Positions 56,355 to 64,000 of a stretch of 64,000 nt of DNA are shown piece after piece. Position numbers and translations under genes: made by a program. Position 1 is the first letter of the stretch; every line of letters starts with the position of its first letter. The notes below the pieces were generated by a model that made no database searches, was not told the DNA's origin, and worked only from the letters and a program-made list of their open reading frames with translations. Source of the stretch: Pseudomonadota bacterium (GTDB lineage Bacteria > Pseudomonadota > Alphaproteobacteria > Rhodobacterales > Rhodobacteraceae); assembly GCA_038746695.1 (NCBI GenBank), contig JBCDKL010000001.1, positions 28,451 through 92,450 on the forward strand, written 5' to 3'.

Positions 56355-57740
56355 ATGGCCGAAGCCGCCAAATTCCTGACAGGCAATCTTTTTCGCCATG
56401 TCACAGTGATGTCGCTGACCGCGTCCGTAGGGCTGGTCGCGGTGTTCTTCGTCGATTTCCTGGACATGATCTTCATTGCCATGCTGGGCCAGGCAGAACT
56501 CGCTGCGGCCGTGGGCTATGCCGGGGCAATCCTGTTCTTCACGACGTCCTTCGGGATCGGCGTGGCCATCGCGACCGGGGCCCTGGTGGCCCGGGCCTTG
56601 GGGGCCGGGGACGAGGAGCTCGCCCGACAACGGGCCTCGACCTCGCTGGTCTATGGGGTGTTGTTTGGGGCGGTCTTTGCGGCGCTCGTCTGGATGAACC
56701 TTGATGTGCTGGTGCACATGATCGGAGCCGAGGGGGCTACGGCCGATCTCGCAGTGCTGTACCTGCAGATCGTGGTGCCGAGCCTCCCGCTTCTGATGAT
56801 TGGGATGGCCGGGGGCGCGATCTTGCGGGCCCATGGGGCGGCGCGGGCGGCGATGATGGCGACGATCTGGGGCTCGCTGGTAAACGGCGTGCTCGACCCG
56901 ATCCTGATTTTTGTGCTGGATTTGGAGCTTGTGGGTGCAGCACTGGCCTCGGTCGCGGCGCGGATCGCGATCGCGGCGGTCGCCCTGCGCCCGATCTTTC
57001 AGGAATATGGCGGTTTGATCCGGCCCAGTCTGCGCGGCCTCGCACTGGATCTGGGGCCGCACCTGACCATCGCGGCACCGGCCATCCTAACCCAGCTCGC
57101 CACGCCTTTGGGGCAAGCCTATGTCACCCGCGCCATGGCGGAGTTCGGGCCGGATGCGGTGGCGGGACTGGCGATGGTTTCGCGCTTGACCCCTGTGGCC
57201 TTCGGGGTGATCTTCGCACTCTCGGGAGCAATCGGTCCGATCATCGGCCAGAACTTCGGAGCGCAGCAATCCGACCGCGTGCAGAGGGCGTTTCGCGACG
57301 GGCTGCTCTTTACAGGGCTTTACGTTGTCGCTGCTGCCATTCTGCTCTACCTGGCGCGTGCTCCGCTCGCGGATCTCTTCCAGGCGTCCGGGCAGGCGCG
57401 GGCGCTGGTCTTCCTGTTCTGTGGGCCGCTCGCCCTCACCTTCTTTTTCAACGGTGCACTCTTCGTGGCGAACGCGGCCTTCAACAATCTCGGCCACCCG
57501 TTCTATTCGACCTGGCTCAACTGGGGGCGTCACACGGTGGGCACGATCCCCTTCGTGATGCTCGGGGCGCTCTGGTTCGGGGCCGAGGGGGTGCTGATCG
57601 GGCAGGCGCTGGGCGGTGTGCTCTTCGGGGTGCTTGCAGTTTGGTTGGCACGCCGTGTCATGGCCGAGCCGGGCAGTTCAGAGCGCGCACCCTTCGCCCG
57701 GCAGGCCCGCCTCCTCGGGCTGCTGCACCTGCGCCGCTAG
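56355..57740 (+). CDS. MATE family efflux transporter
   Basis: About 12 TM helices; DMIFIAMLG, LAAAVG, NGVLDPILIF and IGQNFGA motifs. Confidence 0.9.
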   Translation: MAEAAKFLTGNLFRHVTVMSLTASVGLVAVFFVDFLDMIFIAMLGQAELAAAVGYAGAILFFTTSFGIGVAIATGALVARALGAGDEELARQRASTSLVYGVLFGAVFAALVWMNLDVLVHMIGAEGATADLAVLYLQIVVPSLPLLMIGMAGGAILRAHGAARAAMMATIWGSLVNGVLDPILIFVLDLELVGAALASVAARIAIAAVALRPIFQEYGGLIRPSLRGLALDLGPHLTIAAPAILTQLATPLGQAYVTRAMAEFGPDAVAGLAMVSRLTPVAFGVIFALSGAIGPIIGQNFGAQQSDRVQRAFRDGLLFTGLYVVAAAILLYLARAPLADLFQASGQARALVFLFCGPLALTFFFNGALFVANAAFNNLGHPFYSTWLNWGRHTVGTIPFVMLGALWFGAEGVLIGQALGGVLFGVLAVWLARRVMAEPGSSERAPFARQARLLGLLHLRR

Positions 57741-58292
57741 GGTCGCAAGTGCGCTGTCCACCAGCGCCCGCGCCTGCGCGTCCAGCTCTTGCGCGCGCGG
57801 ATAAAGCGGCGCCGCGCGGTCGTTCAGGACGGGGCCGTCCCAGCCGTCCGTCGTCTCAAAAAATGCTTCCGCCCCGCTCTGCCCAAACTCGGCCAGATAG
57901 CCGCCGATCACCGTATCGAGATAGCTGAGCAGGATTGGATGTCGTAGCCCCGGCGCGGCAATATGCTGGGCGCTTGCCTCATAGACATGCAGGTCGAGCG
58001 CTTGGGCGTCAGGCTGCTCCAGCGGGCCAAGGCGGATCCGGTCATAGGCCCGCTCTCGCGCGTCCAGGGCCGCCCAATCCGCGCCGGGCACCGCGGCGAT
58101 GAGACCCGAGATGCGAGACCCCGGAGAGCGCGTGGCTGTCAGAAAGGCGACCTTGCGGTGGCGGGAGTGCCTCCAAACCCGCCGCCAACCCAGCAAGTCC
58201 GCCCGCATCCGCACCGGATAAGCATGGGTGCCGCGATGCACGAGCGACCCATAGCCAAAGAAATGCGGGGTCTCGGAGAGTGTGGGTGTCAT
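57678..58292 (-). CDS. Gamma-glutamylcyclotransferase family protein
   Basis: FFGYGSLV and LDARE motifs. Confidence 0.82.
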   Translation of the reverse strand: MTPTLSETPHFFGYGSLVHRGTHAYPVRMRADLLGWRRVWRHSRHRKVAFLTATRSPGSRISGLIAAVPGADWAALDARERAYDRIRLGPLEQPDAQALDLHVYEASAQHIAAPGLRHPILLSYLDTVIGGYLAEFGQSGAEAFFETTDGWDGPVLNDRAAPLYPRAQELDAQARALVDSALATLAAQVQQPEEAGLPGEGCAL

Positions 58293-58399
58293 GGCAGAAT
58301 CTTGCCCGGATCGGTCCGGCGCAACAAGGGGGCAGCGGGAAACTTGACCCTGCGCATGCGCGCCACATGTTCCCCTCTACCAGACCAAATGGAGAGACC

Positions 58400-58660
58400 A
58401 TGTCCAATCTCGAAGATCGCCAACGCGCCTACACTGACAATCCCTATGCCGAGAAATACGCGGCGGCTCTTGCCTCGATCGAAGCCGAGAAGCGTCGCAA
58501 GGAAGCCTCGGGCTATGCTTGGATGGCGGCGGCTGCGAGCTATGGCGAAGCGGCCCAGGGCGGCGGCAAGTTCGGCAAGGTAGCCAGTGCGTCGAAATGG
58601 TTCGTGCTCTGGTTTGCGATGATTGTGCCCAACCTTCTTCTCATCCGCGTCATTTTCTGA
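58400..58660 (+). CDS. Small hypothetical membrane protein (86 aa, C-terminal TM helix)
   Basis: GGAGAG RBS before ATG 58400; C-terminal WFVLWFAMIVPNLLLIRVIF. Confidence 0.6.
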   Translation: MSNLEDRQRAYTDNPYAEKYAAALASIEAEKRRKEASGYAWMAAAASYGEAAQGGGKFGKVASASKWFVLWFAMIVPNLLLIRVIF

Positions 58661-58705
58661 GTTCACACTCGCCCACGGGTGGGCCCTTTGGTCATTTGGA
58701 CACAC

Positions 58706-58736
58706 GAAAAAGCCGCGCTGTGCTGCGCGGCATTTC
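58706..58736 (-). terminator. Rho-independent terminator after the phzF-like gene (possibly bidirectional)
   Basis: gaaaaa-gccgcgc-tgtgct-gcgcggc-atttc between convergent genes. Confidence 0.65.
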
Positions 58737-58747
58737 AGCTTTTCGGA

Positions 58748-59608
58748 TCAGGGGACGCGGATCATCCCGTGTGAAATCTGCACTGCGCGTCCGGAGATCC
58801 GGACACGCGTAAGCGCGCCGTTCGTGACCTGCGCCTCAAAACCGATCCTGCTCAAGCGCCCCATGTCTTCGCCCTGCGTCAGGGTCAGCTGCGTGTCTCC
58901 CTCCGGCAAGGCGCCAGACGCGAGAAGCTGTGCCGCAAGGATCGCGCTGGCAGAGCCGGTCGCGGGGTCTTCGGGAATCCCTGCTGTGGGCGAAAACATC
59001 CGCGCGTCATAGCCCTCGGCGCTGCGAGTATAGAGATAGGCGCTGTCCACATCGCATGCCGCCATTAACTCGGACCAATAGGGTTCGATCGGGCGCGCGC
59101 GACGCAGCGCCGCGCGATCCGCTATGGGCAGATAGACAAAAGCCGGCCCCCCGGCAAAGACCGCAGGGCTATGATTGTCAAAGCCCAGTGCGTCGAGATC
59201 CACGGCCCGCGCGGCGAGCCCCGGATCGCAGTCCGGCCCATGGGGATGGGGCAAAACCGGGGCTGAGAGTGTCGCAACCCCATCTGTAATCTCCACCGGG
59301 ACCAGTCCGGCGTTTTCGCCCAGCACCACATGATCGAGACCAAGCCGCTCCGCGAGATGGAGCGCGCAGCCAATCGTCGGATGCCCGGCGAAATCGATCT
59401 CTGCCGTGGGAAAGAAGATCCGGACCCGCGCCGTATGCGCCGGATCCTCGGGCGGTTGCACAAAGATCGTCTCGGACAGGTTAAATTCCCGCGCGATGGT
59501 CTGCATCTGCGCTGTGGTCAGCCCGCCCGCCTCCTCGACAATAGCCAGCGGATTGCCTGTGAACGGCGTGTCGGTGAACACGTCATAGACATGAAACGGC
59601 AGCTCCAT
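58748..59608 (-). CDS. PhzF/diaminopimelate-epimerase-like family isomerase
   Basis: DVFT...GNPLA, NLSETIF, RIFFP.AEIDFAGHPT and EDPATGSA motifs. Confidence 0.9.
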   Translation of the reverse strand: MELPFHVYDVFTDTPFTGNPLAIVEEAGGLTTAQMQTIAREFNLSETIFVQPPEDPAHTARVRIFFPTAEIDFAGHPTIGCALHLAERLGLDHVVLGENAGLVPVEITDGVATLSAPVLPHPHGPDCDPGLAARAVDLDALGFDNHSPAVFAGGPAFVYLPIADRAALRRARPIEPYWSELMAACDVDSAYLYTRSAEGYDARMFSPTAGIPEDPATGSASAILAAQLLASGALPEGDTQLTLTQGEDMGRLSRIGFEAQVTNGALTRVRISGRAVQISHGMIRVP

Positions 59609-59617
59609 CACGCCCCC

Positions 59618-59673
59618 TCATTGTTCTCAAAATACTCCGGGGGAGGCGCTTTTGCGCCGGGGGCAGAGCCCCC
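59618..59673 (-). repeat. Dispersed REP-like palindromic element, copy 2
   Basis: Reverse complement reads GGGGGCTCTGCCCCCGGCGCAAAAGCGCCTCCCCCGGAGTATTTTGAGAACAATGA. Confidence 0.75.
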
Positions 59674-59687
59674 AAGACCCCGCGGCC

Positions 59688-61331
59688 TCAGACGAGGCGA
59701 CTGTTATCCTTGGCAGCCCGTACGAAATCCGCAAAGAGCGGGTGCGGCTCAAACGGCTTCGACTTCAGCTCCGGATGAAACTGCACACCAATGAACCAAG
59801 GGTGATCCTTGACCTCGACGATCTCGGGCAGGCGGCCATCCGGGGACATGCCGGAAAAGATCAGACCCTCGGCCTGCAGCTGGTCGCGGTACTTGATGTC
59901 CACCTCATAGCGATGGCGATGCCGCTCCTCGATCGTGGTGCTGCCATAGATCTCGGCGACCTTGGAGCCTTCGACCAGCTGCGCCGTATAGGCGCCGAGC
60001 CGCATGGTGCCGCCCTTGTCGTCATCGACCTTGCGCTCGACCTTGTGGTTGCCCTGAACCCATTCCTTGAGGTGATAGACCACGGGCGTAAAGCGGCGCT
60101 TGCCTGCCTCGTGGTCGAACTCTTCGGAGCCCGCATCGGTCAGGTCTGTGAGATTCCGGGCACTTTCGATCACGGCCATCTGCATGCCGAGGCAAATGCC
60201 CAGATAGGGGATCTTGTGTTCGCGTGCGAATTGCGCGGCCTTGATCTTGCCCTCGGTGCCACGCTCGCCAAAACCACCGGGCACGAGGATTGCATCGAAC
60301 TTCTCTAGATGGGGGACCGGGTCCTCGCGCTCGAAGATCTCTGCATCGATCCATTCGGACTTCACGCGCACGCGGTTGGCCATGCCCCCATGCGTCAGAG
60401 CCTCGGCGATCGATTTATACGCATCTTCGAGCTGGGTGTACTTGCCGACAATCGCGACCGTCACCTCGCCTTCGGGGTTGTGGATCCGGTCGGCCACGTC
60501 ATGCCAGACGCTCAGATCCGGTTTCGGCGCCGGCGAGATACCGAACGCGTCCAGCACCGCCTGATCCAGACCTTCGCGGTGATAGGCGAGCGGCGCCTCG
60601 TAGATCGATTTCAGATCCTGCGCCGCGATCACCGATTCTGGGCGCACATTGCAGAAGAGGGCGAGCTTGTCGCGCTCCTTTTGCGGTATTGGCCCCTCGG
60701 AGCGGCAGACCAGCACATCCGGTGCGATACCGATCGAGCGGAGCTCTTTCACCGAGTGCTGGGTCGGCTTCGTCTTCAACTCGCCCGAGGCCGCGATCCA
60801 TGGCAAAAGGGTCAGGTGCATGAAGATGCATTGCCCACGCGGCTTGTCCTGCCCGAATTGGCGGATCGCCTCGAAAAACGGCAGGCCCTCGATATCGCCG
60901 ACAGTGCCGCCGATCTCGCACAGCATGAAATCGACCTCGTCATCGCCGATATCTATGAAATCCTTGATCTCGTTGGTCACATGCGGGATGACCTGGATCG
61001 TTTTTCCAAGGTAGTCGCCACGCCGCTCTTTCTCGAGCACATTTGAATAGATCCGACCGGAGCTTACGGAATCAGTACGCCGTGCCGCCACACCTGTGAA
61101 CCGCTCGTAGTGGCCCAAGTCGAGATCGGTCTCGGCCCCGTCATCGGTCACGAACACCTCGCCATGCTCGAACGGGCTCATGGTGCCGGGATCGACGTTG
61201 AGATAGGGGTCCAGCTTGCGCAGCCGGACCGAGAACCCGCGCGCCTGCAACAATGCGCCGAGGGCCGCAGAGGCCAATCCCTTACCCAGCGAAGAGACAA
61301 CCCCGCCCGTGATGAAAACATAGCGTGCCAT
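59688..61331 (-). CDS. pyrG: CTP synthase
   Basis: [35 protein letters not shown] and QFHPE motifs. Confidence 0.98.
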   Translation of the reverse strand: MARYVFITGGVVSSLGKGLASAALGALLQARGFSVRLRKLDPYLNVDPGTMSPFEHGEVFVTDDGAETDLDLGHYERFTGVAARRTDSVSSGRIYSNVLEKERRGDYLGKTIQVIPHVTNEIKDFIDIGDDEVDFMLCEIGGTVGDIEGLPFFEAIRQFGQDKPRGQCIFMHLTLLPWIAASGELKTKPTQHSVKELRSIGIAPDVLVCRSEGPIPQKERDKLALFCNVRPESVIAAQDLKSIYEAPLAYHREGLDQAVLDAFGISPAPKPDLSVWHDVADRIHNPEGEVTVAIVGKYTQLEDAYKSIAEALTHGGMANRVRVKSEWIDAEIFEREDPVPHLEKFDAILVPGGFGERGTEGKIKAAQFAREHKIPYLGICLGMQMAVIESARNLTDLTDAGSEEFDHEAGKRRFTPVVYHLKEWVQGNHKVERKVDDDKGGTMRLGAYTAQLVEGSKVAEIYGSTTIEERHRHRYEVDIKYRDQLQAEGLIFSGMSPDGRLPEIVEVKDHPWFIGVQFHPELKSKPFEPHPLFADFVRAAKDNSRLV

Positions 61332-61521
61332 TGGGCTCGGCTCTCCCGTCCATCCCCGATTCCGCGCAGGGACCTTGCAAAATTTTGGAAAGGATGCAGG
61401 GGATTCGTAACCCCTGAACCCGTGTCTCCACGGGATTTAACCTGTAAAGGATTCGTCCCGCTTTGGCAACCGGACCGCTATATCCTGCGGTCCGCGTTAA
61501 CTTTTTCCCTAGAAGTGGGGT

Positions 61522-61890
61522 CTACTCCGCGCGCGGCGGCAGCAGGGGCTGGTCGCTAGCCGCAGGCGGCAGCAGGTCCGATGCCGGGGGCAGAAGATCG
61601 TTCTGCTCAACCGGCGGCGGCACGGGCTGATCGGTCAGCCGATCCAGCACTGAGGCGTTGTTCGAGCTCGCTGCAGCCAGGATCGTCAGGGTGATCGAAG
61701 TGCCGATGAAGGCAATCGCCAGAATCCAGGTCATCTTGCCAAGAGCCGTCGCCGCCGACCGTCCGGTCATGGCACCTCCGCCACCACCGCCGCCCATACC
61801 CAGACCACCCCCTTCGGAGCGCTGCAGGAGCACCACGCCAATCAGCGCAAGCGCCAGAAGCAGGTGGACGATCAGGATGACGTTTTCCAT
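61522..61890 (-). CDS. secG: Preprotein translocase subunit SecG
   Basis: VLLQRSEGGGLG motif; 2 TM helices; conserved secG-pyrG order. Confidence 0.93.
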   Translation of the reverse strand: MENVILIVHLLLALALIGVVLLQRSEGGGLGMGGGGGGGAMTGRSAATALGKMTWILAIAFIGTSITLTILAAASSNNASVLDRLTDQPVPPPVEQNDLLPPASDLLPPAASDQPLLPPRAE

Positions 61891-61964
61891 GGACGGTTCG
61901 GCCTCGTTATGCGGACCCCGGCTACCTAAGGCGTCCGGGACCGGCTCGCAAGCCCTCAGATGTC

Positions 61965-62360
61965 TCAGGCGTCCACGTCATCGACATCCGCTTGCCCGCT
62001 GAGCCGGCGACGCACGATGCTCCAGCTCAGCCCCACGCCGAGCACAATGGAGAGAGCCAAGATCCCGAGCCAGGTTTGCACGCCCGGATTCTCGAGGCTG
62101 AGCAGACCCAGATCGTAGAGCACCCAGATCAGCGCTGCGAAGATCGCCGCGATCAGGATCATGCCGAACAACCCGATGGAGCGCAGGGTGGCGCGCAGAA
62201 AGATGATATAGCCCACACTGAGCAGCAGTCCGAGCAGGACGACGATCGACAATTGTGCCTCGTGGTTGCCCAAGGCCCAACGGATGTAGTTGAAATCCGT
62301 GGGGTTGTAGGTGGCCGCCAGCAGCAGGAATGCCGCCAGCCAGCGGATCAGAATGTCCAT
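61965..62360 (-). CDS. Conserved hypothetical 4-TM membrane protein (DUF6524-like)
   Basis: [15 protein letters not shown] and [19 protein letters not shown] motifs. Confidence 0.75.
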   Translation of the reverse strand: MDILIRWLAAFLLLAATYNPTDFNYIRWALGNHEAQLSIVVLLGLLLSVGYIIFLRATLRSIGLFGMILIAAIFAALIWVLYDLGLLSLENPGVQTWLGILALSIVLGVGLSWSIVRRRLSGQADVDDVDA

Positions 62361-62518
62361 CTTCGTCCCTCGTTTTCGCGCGCGATTGCTCCTCTGCTGC
62401 CAAATACCGACCCTCGCGTCCAGAGCTGCGCGCCCGCGCCGCGCATTTTGCGGTTTCCCCACCGCACCGGCATGGATATACCGGCGCGGGGTTCCTGAAA
62501 CACGAAGTGAGGGCCGAG

Positions 62519-63814
<1,296 letters not shown>

Positions 63815-63828
63815 GCTTGGATGGTGTG

Positions 63829-64000
63829 ATGGCGTTATCGTACAAAGCGCGGCGACGGTGGTCGCTGGTGATCCTGCTTCTGGGGTTGCCGGCGTATATC
63901 GTGGCCGCAGTGACCATCATGAACCTGCTTGACCGGCCGCCCTTCTGGGTCGAGTTGGCCGTGTATATAGGCCTTGGCATTTTCTGGGCTGTGCCGTTCA
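63829..64000 (+). CDS. Small membrane protein (DUF2842-like); runs off the window edge
   Basis: Manual translation MALSYKARRRWSLVILLLGLPAYIVAAVTIMNLLDRPPFWVELAVYIGLGIFWAVPF. Confidence 0.7.
   Translation, partial: MALSYKARRRWSLVILLLGLPAYIVAAVTIMNLLDRPPFWVELAVYIGLGIFWAVPF

Noticed and set aside
58748-59608. Phenazine biosynthesis cluster
   Set aside because: Lone PhzF-family homolog downstream of pyrG with no other phz genes
29975-59673. CRISPR or IS interpretation of the repeated palindrome
   Set aside because: Copies are isolated and 10-20 kb apart; no spacers, cas genes, transposase or terminal inverted repeats seen
61775-61812. GGN/CCN-rich low-complexity run
   Set aside because: Encodes the Gly-rich cytoplasmic loop of SecG

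Overview
High-GC alphaproteobacterial chromosomal window. Gene content and order point to Rhodobacteraceae/Roseobacter group (inference). It is almost fully coding; I saw no rRNA, tRNA, CRISPR array, integrase or transposase. Left to right: (1) 1-11.4 kb, an uncharacterised GntR-linked catabolic locus (hydantoinase/oxoprolinase A+B, tautomerase-SnoaL fusion, LeuCD-like hydro-lyase, TRAP transporter, acyl-CoA ligase); (2) 11.5-31.1 kb, a complete hup/hyp cluster with an H2 sensor (hupTUV, hupR), a predicted O2-tolerant uptake [NiFe]-hydrogenase (hupSLC) and a 63-aa HupE-like mini-protein; (3) 31.1-37.7 kb, a divergent 7-gene amino-sugar/glycosylation cassette; (4) acyltransferase, CoA-transferase and gph; (5) 41.8-49.4 kb, a sulfoquinovose monooxygenase (sulfo-SMO)-type cluster with a Gfo/Idh/MocA candidate sulfoquinovosidase and a TRAP transporter; (6) a Sel1-repeat gene overlapping head-to-head with a non-canonical di-heme peroxidase/MauG-family gene; (7) a beta-oxidation pair and housekeeping genes (gltX, MATE, phzF-like, pyrG, secG, purA). 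A short dispersed palindromic repeat occurs twice in full and once in part. Best candidates for new biology: the catabolic locus, the atypical di-heme enzyme with its Sel1 partner, the mini-HupE, and the stand-alone glycan cassette. All family assignments come from motif recognition by eye; no database search was run.
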